DNA of 34,762 bases from Octopus bimaculoides (Eukaryota): assembly GCF_001194135.2 (NCBI RefSeq), contig NC_068983.1, forward strand, positions 118,248,125 through 118,282,886. Reading direction: 5' to 3'. Positions 11,435-22,149 of this stretch are shown here, piece after piece. The notes below the pieces were generated by a model. That model searched no databases. It was not told the origin of the DNA and saw only the letters and a list, made by a program, of their open reading frames with translations. The first letter of the stretch is position 1; each line of letters starts with the position of its first letter. The position numbers and the translations under genes were made by a program.

Positions 11435-12047
11435 TTAAATTTGTAAGAGACTAAATGGAACATTAACATCAATCTCACTTGCCGAGGAGGGTTTGTAAAG
11501 GCCAGAGGCATGACCCCTTTCTCCAAACCAAACAAATAAAAGAAAAGGTCATTTAATTTTCACTTATCTAAAAAACAAAATTATTTCTATACTTCTAAAA
11601 CAAAATATGTGAATTTGAATGCAGAAATCAGGTATTGGTCAATGAAGAAATACAATTAACAAGTCCAAAATACTTCATCAATTATTAACAATACAATATT
11701 ATAACAGTGCAGCAAGCCACAAATAGAGACAATCAGACAACAAATTGGAGAACTTATGGTATGAATCTTATTTTCAGTGCTTCATAGTGTCTGCAACAAA
11801 AACACTTAATGGCCTACTCCACCAAGCTGTGAAAAAAATGTAAATATCTCTTAAACTTTTAAGAGCTTTTGCAGACTGCACTTAGCTCCAGCATACTGAT
11901 GTGAAACAGATGAGAAATAAATCTCTGTTCTGTACAAAATGTTAGTGTATATTAGGCAACATTTCCAGAGCAATATTACAGCTGTATAGATAGAGGTATA
12001 TATAATTATGTGTACTGTCTAAATATACAGTGAAACATCTGCAAATA

Positions 12048-13388
12048 TTGAGTCATCCCATAAATAATGCAGTTTTTTCAATTGCATGAACTAAAAGTCA
12101 GAGGGGGGACAGGATAAACCACCTGCATCAACTTGCTATAAAAGCAGGTAGTAATTTTACATTGTAGCTTGTTCGTAGTGCAAGTTTTGAAGAGTGTGGT
12201 TCAATTTTAGCAGTTATTTTTTCAAAGCTATAATGGAAGTGACAAAGGAGCATATTCGGCATATTTTGCTTTATGAGTTCAATAAAGGCAACAATGCAAT
12301 GGAAAGTGTGAGAAATATTAATGCAGTATATGGGGATCGGACAATAAGCATAAACCAGTGTCAACGACGGTTCCAGAAATTCTGAGCCGGAAACTACAGC
12401 CTAGAAAACAAGCCTCATCCTGGAAGATCTGTAGAGCTCAACGAGAACATTCTGCAAACCCTGCTGGAACAAAATCCCATCATAACTGTTGAAGAATTAG
12501 CAGCGAAGCTTGGATTTGGTCATTCAACCATTCATCAATACCCATGTGCCATTGGAAAAGTCAGAAAATTGGGTCAATGGGTTCCTCACAAACTTTCCAA
12601 GTTTAATTGTGTGCAGAAAGTGAATATGTGTTCTTCTTTGCTGTCACGTCTCATGAATGAACCTATTTTAGACCAAATAGTGACTGCTGACAAGAAATGG
12701 GTTCTCTATAAAAATGTCAAGCACCAAAGACAGTGGGTAGGGAAAGGAGAAACACCAGCACCCCAGGATAAAGATGGTCTTCACCCATGTAAGGTGCTGT
12801 TATCTGTTTGGTGGGATATGAAAGGTTTAGTCCACTTTGAACATTTAAACCCAAACCAAACGATAACAAAGGAGATCTACTGCAAGCAGCTTGAGCAGCN
12901 NNNNNNNNNTAAACCCAAACCAAACGATAACAAAGGAGATCTACTGCAAGCAGCTTGAGCAGCTTAAGTCAGCACTAGAAGAAAAACAACCATCTTTGGT
13001 TTCAAAACAAAAGGTGTTCTTCCATCAGGCCACATACAGTAAGGATGACATTCCAGAGGCTGGAGCAGTTTCAATGGGAAACGATGCCCCACTCACATTT
13101 TCACCGGACATTGCCCCATCTGGTTATCATTTATTCTGCAGTCTTCAAAATCATTTGGACAGAAAAAATATGAATTCTGTAGACAAGGTCAGAACAGTAT
13201 TAGAGGAGTATTTTTCATCACAACGAGTAAATTTTGGAAGAAGGGCCTTGCAAATCAACCAGACAGATGGAAGAGTATTGTAGAAAATGAAGGAGAGTAT
13301 ATTTTAGATTAAAAAAGAACTTTGTTTATCTTAATTTTGAAAAATAAAAGAAATATTAAAAAACCACATAATATATGGGATGACCCAA
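12048..13388 (+). mobile_element. Full-length mariner transposon (Hsmar1/cecropia-like) with pseudogenised transposase
   Basis: TA flanks (12046-47, 13389-90); TIR ttgagtcatcccataaataatg / cataatatatgggatgacccaa; ATG at 12233 MEVTKEHIRHILLYEF..., WVPHKL, TADKKW, VWWDMKG, FSPDIAPSGYHLF; stop at 12383-12385 and a deletion around the second catalytic Asp. Confidence 0.95.
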
Positions 13389-13689
13389 TATACTGAACTG
13401 GCAAGCTAATTTTTTCTACCCAATTATTTTGCTCTTAGAAACTGGTAGGTGCTCTATGTAATATCAATATACAGATGTTAGGAGTATTCTAATTTTTTAT
13501 CATTTTCAACTGTTCCATACAGTATATCAGAACCATCCATATCTGTCAAGTACTCCCATTTCTTTGAGCAGCTTTTTCACATACAAGTTGAGAAGAGGTG
13601 GCTAATGCTTCATTCAGCTCTCTTCTAATTTTTGCAAGAAAGAAACATTATAAATGGTCCCTTACAATTCTAAGAGGGTGAGAGACAGA

Positions 13690-13830
13690 AAGAAACTGAT
13701 CCCAGTAACTGACTGGTACTTATCAACCCTAGAAGGATGAATGGCATAGTTGACATTGGTAGGATTTGAACTCAGAATGCAAAGAGCTGAAGCATTTGTC
13801 TGATGCACTACTGATTCTACCAATCAATTA
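13690..13830 (-). mobile_element. tRNA-derived SINE family 3, degenerate
   Basis: Reverse complement of the gcagaat.gttagca...gagttcaaat...cctttc..gggttgataa...gtaccagt family seen on plus at 21355-21570. Confidence 0.6.
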
Positions 13831-14439
13831 CTTTGTTTTAGCTTGCAATGATAAATTCCCATTTTACTACGAGTTTGATGAAGAGAAGGATGGTCTCTGT
13901 CAAACTGACATGTCCTTTCTATATTACACCACATGAATACCTGGCCCTACATTATAAAATACAAAGGTTTCTAAGCAAAACATTTTTCTTTTAATATGTC
14001 ATAATCAGGAGGAAAGAGAGTGCTCAAGATTTTTTTTAACAAAACATCTCAGACTGGTAGGGGGAACAGAGGAAGAAGCCATATAATACATAAACACAAG
14101 ATATAAAGTTATCCTCAAACCAAAAGTATGGTTTGTATGCTTGTAATAGAATGGACTACATAAATTAAATCCAAGAGCCTGTTGGTAGAACATTGCAAGG
14201 CAAAAAATTAAGTCTACTACTCTAGAGCAAATACAGTCTCTTTAATGGGCTTCCACACAGTTTCCATCAATCAAAGGCTGGGGTAGAAAACTCAAGGATA
14301 TATTTGTTCAAGTGTTGCACTATGAAATCTAACTTAGAACCATGTGATTGTGATGTAAACTTCTAAACTGTACAATCGCATATGTACACATTTTCCATAG
14401 TGTATTGCTGTACTTGAGAAAACCTGCCCACCACAACAG

Positions 14440-14671
14440 AATTGAGATCCTAAAACCAAGATGTCATGTAAAAAGCATTGGTGTAGGTGCTGATGCCACT
14501 TTAAAAAGTACTTGCGATGGTGCCACATAAAAAGCACCTATTACAATCTATGGAGTGACTGACATTAGGAAAGGCATCCAACCATAGAAACCAAGCCAAA
14601 ACAGACCCAGGTGCAGCCACTGGCCATGCCAGTCCCTGTCAACCTGTCCAACCCATGCCTGCATGGAAAAC

Positions 14672-14717
<46 letters not shown>
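14440..14717 (+). mobile_element. RTE-type 3' end with long (GAT)n tail
   Basis: cattaggaaaggcatccaaccatagaaac...ccaacccatgcctgcatggaaaacg(gat)n; explains the poly-M and poly-H ORFs. Confidence 0.8.
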
Positions 14718-14718
<1 letters not shown>

Positions 14719-14899
14719 GTAAGTGATAGCAATACTCATGAAAGAATCAGTGAGAACCATGATGTCCAAGTAAACTGGCCAAGTTCATCATTCAATTTCA
14801 ATTCTCAACACTAGCATTTTACTCTTATTGTTCATGCTCATATGACTTAAGTCTTTGATACTGACTTTATTCTTGGTTAAGCTATTACAATTCACTCAC

Positions 14900-14935
14900 T
14901 CTTCATGCCAGCAATTCCATGCCATGATTAAAAAC
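14900..14935 (-). CDS. Candidate 36-nt exon (possibly first coding exon, MAWNCWHE.., or a phase 2-2 micro-exon)
   Basis: Acceptor gatagtttgttctttttcag and donor AGA|gtgagt in unique sequence; the only open frame is (x)FLIMAWNCWHE; ATG in aatcATGg context. Confidence 0.5.
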
Positions 14936-15789
14936 CTGAAAAAGAACAAACTATCCAAGGTTGTCCAACACATCACACAAAGGCACAGTCTTTGATAATG
15001 ACCTAACGTCCATGGCTCAATGGATATGGACTTCTAGCTCAAGGGACTTGAGTTCAAATTCTATTGCAAGTCTTATATGAGTGTAACACACCTAAACTTG
15101 CATAGTTCAGCTTATCTAGTTATTGAAAATAAGTACTTACTAAACATAGAATAGTATCCTAGATAAAATAACCTTACTAAACATAGAATAGTATCCTAGA
15201 TAAAACAATGCTAAAGAGAAGCAGTGACTCTTCAAATCTTACAGGGATTAGGAGGCATTTACATTGAATGATTCCTCTTCAGTATCACCGGACATTATCA
15301 ATTGTGTACACAAAGTAGTATTATATAGCAACAAAGCAGTGACTGAAATTAAAATATTTACAAATAGCTCAGGTATGTACATGGATTATTTAATGTCAAT
15401 ATAAGTAAACCAAAACTTTAAAAGGTGAGCCAGAGCCCCTATCAGAACAGTATATTAGTAGACATAGCTTACAGCATTGTAAATGTACAGTGCATCACTC
15501 ACTGTGTTATGAGAAGTAGGTGGTAGCATCACATCAGTAAAATCAATCACTGATCATATTATTAGAAGTAACAATACTCTCCTGTAACCAAATATTATCA
15601 TGGAGTAAAATGTAAGCTTTCATCTATTCACACACTGTTTACTACTATCGAGAATCGTAATCTTTCCTTGCTTCTCTTCACCTGTTCCCACCTGGAAATG
15701 TGCTGCCTATTTCTATAATCCTCACAAGGCTCTACTTTTAGGTGAATTGAGATGTAATTGTAATTGAAAATATAATAATATAATATTAT

Positions 15790-15790
15790 A

Positions 15791-15822
<32 letters not shown>
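15790..15822. repeat. (TA)n microsatellite
   Basis: Direct dinucleotide run. Confidence 0.9.
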
Positions 15823-15826
<4 letters not shown>

Positions 15827-17287
15827 ATGGTGTCATGTATAACCTGGAGGCGCCGCTGTCTGAGTGTGACCTTGCTTGTATATAGTTATAGTAGTGAGTA
15901 CAGATTTATGTATATTTATGATAGTATGTACTTAGAGAGTGTATGTTCTGATAAGTGCACATATGGTGCTCTCTTAATAATATTTTTAGTTAAAATATTT
16001 TTAGTTAAACAAAACATTTACATCTGTTGTAGTGTAAATATCCTGTAGTTCATTATACTGGTCATGATAAACTTATGTTTTGTTATTTCATGCATATACT
16101 GGTATGTTTATCAGGTGATTTAATATATATATATGTATCTATTAGTATTGCTGTTTCCCAACCTTGTTTTAGTTGATCTACTTATCAAGTAAGGAGGTAG
16201 TCAGCTGAAATTCTGATCTCAAATTTAAATCTTAAAACACAGTCTACATTTTAAAAATAGTAATCGGTTAATAAAGAGATTTGGCTGTCACACTGAGTAG
16301 ATGAAGCAACATCATACACTTTCCTCACTGGCTAGTGTAGCATTGTTTTATAGTGTGAGTTTGCATTAGGACCATATGCATTTTAACAGTGAGCATGTTG
16401 CACACCAGCTTCAATAGGGTTGCTACTAGCAATGTATACTATGATGCATTATATTGATTGTGTGTTTATTTGCTTCCTTATGGTTGTGGAAATTAAACAG
16501 TGTTTGTGTATTCAAGTATAAGATGCCTAATTGATCTGAACATACATATAATAGCGTTTAACCAATAGAGTAGTTAGAAATTTTAAAATATGTCTTTTCC
16601 AAAATGATTGTATGCCAATTTTGTATCAAATAAGTTTCCTAGAATATCTAGGTACTTGCCCGCATGCATTAAAATTCTGTCGAAGTGTGAATTTTGATGA
16701 ATATTATATAGAATCTGGAGAGAAAAGTGTTGATTCCTCTGTTTTGAAGAATAAGATATTTAAACTGTACAAAAAAAAAAAAATTAATTGCAGGAAGCTG
16801 TATTAAGAAATGTTAGTATCATGATGGTGTTAGAATGAATTGGGAGCTACAGAGCATGCCTTCATATCACAACTCTTTCAGAATTTTCCTGTGAATGTAC
16901 TAAGACTATCTTTTTAAATGTTTCTAGCCTCACAAGCAACAATCCCAGATACTCAAATCTTTTGTTGATTGGTTGGTTTGAGAAATAGCTGAAAGATCTG
17001 ATATAAACATAAAATAATAATAAAAGTATATGCTATTAGCACAGTTAGCAGAGAAATTGGGGTGAGGGAGTTAACTGAACATATGTTGTAGCAGATTTCT
17101 TTAGAGAAAATTGGTATTACTGGAAAGATATATCACTTTCTTAAAAGTTGTTTGACCTAGTTCAAGAAAAATTACGATTCAAGAAATCCAACCATGACCA
17201 TTCCATCTTTTTTAGACAAAGTATATCAAAGACAACCTTACCCTATCTAAGAGAAACACCAGTCTGATCAGTTTTCTCTTAGTTTAT

Positions 17288-17318
<31 letters not shown>

Positions 17319-17321
<3 letters not shown>

Positions 17322-17522
17322 GGAGTAAGCACATGAAATGTGCAACAAGGTGGAAAAAAGAGTACTCAAATACCAGAGGTAGAGTAATATGCTTTATTTA
17401 AAAGCAGCAGAAATATAACAAAAAAACCGTTACTCTGAGTTTCACGTTCCCGTTCAACTGTCCGATGAACGGGAACGTGAAACTCAGAGTAAAGGTTTTT
17501 TTGTTATATTTCTGCTGCTTTT
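17319..17522. mobile_element. Penelope-like/retrozyme-like non-coding element end with inverted duplication, abutting (TA)n
   Basis: Starts at the edge of (TA)n 17290-17318; 57-bp inverted repeat 17400-17456 / 17466-17522; AATAAA on minus at about 17393-17398; contains a hammerhead core. Confidence 0.55.
17457..17496 (+). ncRNA. Minimal type I hammerhead-ribozyme motif (CCGAUGA variant core)
   Basis: Stem I ACUGU / AAGGU (ACGGU in the inverted copy), core CCGAUGA 17462-68, stem II ACG-GGAA-CGU, GAAA 17479-82, palindromic stem III ACUC-A-GAGU, cleavage triplet GUA (after 17491). Confidence 0.6.
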
Positions 17523-17628
17523 NNNNNNNNNNTGAAAGTACAGAATGAGATGGAGAAATTTTACTGCTATTTGTAGCAGACCATGCAAAAGCCTTCCATT
17601 GCTGGCCTGGAGTAAACTTAGTTGTTGT

Positions 17629-18524
17629 GGATCTTTCTGATTTGGCGGACGCCACTTGTTTTCTTAACGAAACACTTTCAAACTTGGGACACTGGTAGAA
17701 TGTGTCATATAAAACATCTTTTACTCTTAGCGTTATTGAGAAAATTTTATCTTTTTAAAGTTATTTCGTGTTAAAATTGTCGTATTTTGGTAATTTCAAC
17801 CAATTATTGACGTCTATTGAGGTGAAAACAATTACTGCTGTGAATGGTCAACAAAACGTTGTGCGGTGTAATGGATCTTTTCCCTTGAATAAAATTACTG
17901 CCGCTGTTTGTGAACAACAACTATAGGCGGTACTGTTATTTATGACATTGTTTGTGCATTTGTACTGGTTTTAGCTTTAGGGTTAGGGTTCAGGTTTTAG
18001 AGTTAGGGTTAGGGTTAGGGTTTTAGGGTTAGGGCTAGGGTTATGAGTATTTTTGCCAAATTTGGTGAAAAATTTGTGGCAGTGTATTGAACAGATTTTC
18101 ACCAAATTTGGCAAAAATACTCATAACCCTAACCCTAACCCTAAAACCCGAACCCTAACCCTAAAACCCTAAAGTTAAAACCAGTACAAACGCACGAACG
18201 ATGTCATAAATAATAGTACCGCCGATAGTTGTTGTTCACAAACAACGGCACTAATTTTATTCAAGAGAAAAAAATCTCATTACACCGCACAACGTTTTGT
18301 TGACAATCCACAGCAGTAATTGTTTTCATCTCAATAGACGTCAGTGATTGGTTGAAATTACCAAAATACGACAACTTTTAACATGAAATAACTCCGAATA
18401 TAAAAATTTTTCTCTGTTGTATAAGACAAAATATACAAGTATACGAAGTTTGAAAGTGTTTCGGTAGAAAACACACAAAATAAAACATAAATAAAAAAAG
18501 GTATCCGCCAAATTAGAAGGATCC
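17629..18524. mobile_element. Fold-back (palindromic) non-autonomous DNA element with internal telomeric repeats
   Basis: Arms about 17629-18071 and 18096-18524 are reverse complements over most of their length (ends ggatctttctgatttggcggac / atccgccaaattagaaggatcc); flanks gttgttgt / attgttgt (8 bp, 1 mismatch). Confidence 0.85.
17977..18171. repeat. Interstitial (TTAGGG)n ... (CCCTAA)n arrays, head to head
   Basis: Degenerate TTAGGG units at 17977-18042 and CCCTAA units at 18124-18171, separated by a hairpin spacer. Confidence 0.9.
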
Positions 18525-19056
18525 ATTGTTGTTGTTTAGCTTCACACCAGCCTTGACTGAAATGAGCTTGATATGGCAGTTGTTCCAAGAGGAACCATAG
18601 TGCCTTTTTGTATATCAAAATTGAAGGACGTGATTTGAGGTAGATTTTGGCTGCTATTTCCAGAAGGTTGAGGACCATACAGAAGCTCCCTTGTTGAACA
18701 CTGAGACCAGCTGACATACAGTGGCATGACCTTTAGAGGGGGGGGGAATATTGTTAGGCAGTGATACAGTAGAAAGATATGGTGATACTCTCCTCTGTCA
18801 CAAAATCCTCTCTCTCTCTCCCCCTTACTCTTTCTTACACCACACAGAGATGGCATTGGTGTAAGAAGAGATACAAGGTATGAGCTCCATCTATTTCATT
18901 ATTTCAGGGGGTGATTGGTATCAAGAGTAGTGTGAAAAATCTGTTACTTACGGAGCGAGCGTGTGATAGGTGATTAGAGAAAGGGCTAGCAGTGTTTTGG
19001 TTATGTACATAGATACACTTACATAAGCTCCATTATAATAACAGTACATCCTTTAA

Positions 19057-19177
19057 CCCTTTAGCATTCAGATTACTCAGTCAAATGTAAATAATGTAAA
19101 AAAAAATATCTAGCCAGTTTTAACTTATAACAGGTAAAATATCTGAGCTGGATACAGCTGGTTAAAATGCTAAAGGT
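19057..19177 (+). mobile_element. Internally deleted TTAA MITE family A
   Basis: ttaa|ccctttagcattcagattactc...aatgctaaagg; both ends present, middle missing. Confidence 0.7.
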
Positions 19178-19334
19178 TTGATAATGGCAGGCCAGTAAAC
19201 TGGCAGCATCGATAGAGTGGCAAACCTGTGATTAAATACATTCCAATGAAGGCCACATAATGTATTTTTCAGACACTGCTTTTTTTTATTTTGTTTTTTG
19301 GGGGTGGGGTAAGAGTAGGAGGTGAGTGTAATTT

Positions 19335-19630
19335 GAGGGAGACTTCACTACTAGCTCTTGCTTGGTCAAGCAACCCTATTGAGTCTGATAGGTCAACATA
19401 ATGGTCCATGATAGGTCTACATAATGGTCCGTGGTTTCATTCATAAGATGAAAACGTGATATGAGATTTGGTTGCTATTTCTAGCAAGTCAAGCAACCTT
19501 TTAGAGTTTGATGGGGTTGCATAATGGTCTGTGGTTCTAGTCATGCTTAAAATGAAAACAACGGGATGAGATTTGGTTGCTGTTTCTAACAAGCCAAGCA
19601 ACCATACAGAGTATGATGGGTCCACATGAC
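19335..19630 (+). repeat. About 107-bp tandem repeat, about 3 diverged units
   Basis: gagatttggttgct(a/g)tttcta.caag.caagcaacc at 19461 and 19568; a more degenerate unit from about 19335. Confidence 0.7.
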
Positions 19631-19833
19631 AGTTCACAGATTTTGTCTTTTAAAAGTTTTTAATTTGTTTTGGAGAACAAAGTACCTAACATGCTGTGTA
19701 TGAAGTGCAGGGTGGCTAAGGGTACTAGGTTAGAAGAGTGTCTTATAGTGCTATTTACTCTTTTCATTTGACTGATTCCTTTGTCTTGCTGTTTTCTATA
19801 TGACTGAAGTCTCTTCTGTATCGATTAGAGAGT

Positions 19834-20212
19834 GGAGGCGCAATGGCCTAGTGGTTAGGGCAGCAGACTCGCGATCGTAGGATCGCGGTTTCGATTCCCA
19901 GACCGGGCATTGTGAGTGTTTGTTGAGCGAGAACACCTAAAGCTCCACAAGGCTCCGGCAGGGGATGGTGGCGAACCCTGCTGTACTCTTTCACCATAAC
20001 TTTCTCTCACTCTTACTTCCTGTTTCTGTTGTGCCTGTAATTCAAAGGGTCAGCCTTGTCACACTGTGTCACGCTGAATATCCCCGAGAACTACGTTAAG
20101 GGTACACGTGTCTGTGGAGTGCTCAGCCACTTGCATGTTAATTTCACAAGCAGGCTGTTCTGTTGATCGGATCAACTGGAACCCTCGACGTCGTAAGCGA
20201 TGGAATGCCAAC
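19834..20212 (+). mobile_element. tRNA-derived SINE family 2, full length, young
   Basis: A box TGGCCTAGTGG, B-box-like GTTTCGATTCC; 11-bp TSD atcgattagag (19820-19830) / attgattagag (20213-20223); CpG-rich. Confidence 0.9.
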
Positions 20213-20309
20213 ATTGATTAGAGCAACTGTGATTATTTGCATCTGTATTAAAAGTGGCTGCATTAACACATGTGTGATAAAGAAAGGCATCACAGATTTC
20301 TCAACATGA

Positions 20310-20760
20310 AAAGGTATAAGCATGGGTATGTGATTAAGAAGTTCAATTTCAAATCACAAGGTTTCAAGTTCAGTCCCACTGTGTGACACCTTGGGCAAGT
20401 GTCTTCCATCATAGCCCCAGACTGACCAACACCTTGTGAGTGTATTTGGTAGATGGTAACCAAAAAAAGCCAATCATATTTATACGTGTGTGTGTTTGTG
20501 TCTCCTTGTCGTGACATGACTTGATAGTTGTAAACAAGCATCTCCATCATACAAGCAGTGTTCTTTGTTTTTAATCTTCTGTGAAAAAAAAAAAATTGGT
20601 CATGAAAACCCTTACCTTGCTCGGAAGCAGGTGAGGATTAGCAACAGGAAGAGCACCCAGTTGTAGAAAATTTCCCTCAACAAAACTCCATCTGATTAAT
20701 GCAAGCATGGAGAAGTTGACACATGAAAATAATGGTAATGGTAATAATGATGATGATGTA
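20310..20760 (+). mobile_element. SINE family 1-related element with (GAT)n-type tail, older
   Basis: Head homologous to family 1 (ttcaagttcagtcccactgtgtgacaccttgggcaagtgtcttc), different 3' part ending gcaagcatggagaagttgac...(tga)n. Confidence 0.7.
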
Positions 20761-21354
20761 CACTTTGTTCTACTGTTGTTGTGTGTAACCTCTGTGAGCC
20801 CTGATTGAGCAAACCTATAACAGTTCCACTGCATACTGGTTTATTATATTATTGACAATGATGATGATGATGCATCCTTGTGCCAGATGTCTGTGAAATG
20901 TTTCATTTGATATGCTGAGAATAAATTTTCTTCTCCCTTGATCTACAATATTTTTTTCATTTCTAATATCTAATAATCTCATTTTGCAATATATAAAATT
21001 TGTATTTTGAAAGCTTCTTTTCCTTTCCCTTATCTCATCTTTTATACTATTAAACTTACACCGAGCATATCTCTAAACAATTGTGAGCACAGAATATAGT
21101 TTGCAAGATGACCAATATAAAATTTTCTTTAACAGCTCAGGTTCAACTATTAGATTATTATTTCTAAAGATTGTTTCAAGAATAAAATCTACAACAGATT
21201 AATAAAAGAAATTTTCTCATAGAAGCCATATTTCATATTTCAAAAAAAATTTTGATTTACTAATACAGTAACAACTTCAGTAGGTTAGAAATTACTAGAA
21301 ATTTACCTGCAGCTTCCATCAATCATCCACTTCTAATATCCATGCGAACTGAAA

Positions 21355-21570
21355 GCAGCAATCTGGCAGAATTGTTAGCACACCAGGCAAAATGCTTAGC
21401 AGCATTTCATCTGTCCTTATGTTCCAAGTTCAAATTCTGCCAAGGTCAGCTTTATCTTTCATCCTTTCAGGGTTGATAAAATAAGTACCAGTTGAACAAT
21501 GGGGTTGCTTTAATTGACTGACCCTCTCACTCAGAATTGCTGACCTAGTGCCAAAATGTGAAACCAATAT
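21355..21570 (+). mobile_element. tRNA-derived SINE family 3
   Basis: ctggcagaattgttagcacaccaggc...caagttcaaattctgcc...ttcatcctttcagggttgataaaataagtaccag. Confidence 0.75.
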
Positions 21571-22149
21571 CCATATGAATCTGCTCACCCATCTCACAGC
21601 AAATACTAAGAACTTAATGAAGGAATCTCCATGCAATCACTCAAGCTCCTAGAATTTGCAACAAAACATTCTTCAAATCACAATTTACTGTCTTAAAAGG
21701 GGGAAGTTACACTGGACATTATAGTCCCTGACAAAAAAAAATGAGATTCTAATTAGCTGGAATATCTTTAACAAGTCTACCCAACTGTTGTGTTCTCACT
21801 GAGTCCAACAATCCCACCTTCACCATAACCACCATCAGAGTCTATAGGCATACAGAAGCAGAAAAATAGTGCAGAGAGTACTTTTCCAGTCATACTGCAT
21901 CCCATGCAATTCCTACAGTATACTAGAGTGTACAGTGTGATCCTCAGTTCATTGTAGACATGGTAAAACTGGGAAGACAGATTTATTATCTTTCATTCAG
22001 CCATAGTACTACTCAATTAGGATTAACTTGTTGCTACACAACAAAAACAAAGAACTTCTCTTTTCAAATTAAGAGCAGACTATATGATACCTGTGTCCAA
22101 AATATGATATGAGAAATGAATGTGGAAAATAAAGGTAGGAAAAAAGAAA

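Noticed and set aside
12846-12963. 54-bp direct duplication inside the mariner transposase
   Set aside because: The copies sit exactly either side of a 10-N gap, typical of an unmerged contig overlap.
15940-16115. Degenerate hammerhead words (CTGATAA on plus at about 15948, and on minus near 16110 followed by GAAA)
   Set aside because: The essential C3-G8 pair is broken and stems I/II do not pair convincingly.
17977-18171. Ancestral telomere-telomere chromosome fusion site
   Set aside because: The arrays are short and lie inside a palindromic element with unique outer arms and a probable TSD.
19834-19910. tRNA gene
   Set aside because: There is no acceptor-stem closure or T-run terminator; the sequence continues into a SINE body bounded by a TSD.
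21060-21072. 13-nt micro-exon candidate with gtaagt donor
   Set aside because: Short, weak acceptor; such pairs are expected by chance in AT-rich sequence.
21306-21347. 42-nt minus-strand exon-like segment ending ATGGAAGCTGCAG|gtaaat
   Set aside because: There are stops in all three frames from the acceptor, and the acceptor overlaps a SINE head with little polypyrimidine; it could only be a UTR/start exon and has no support.
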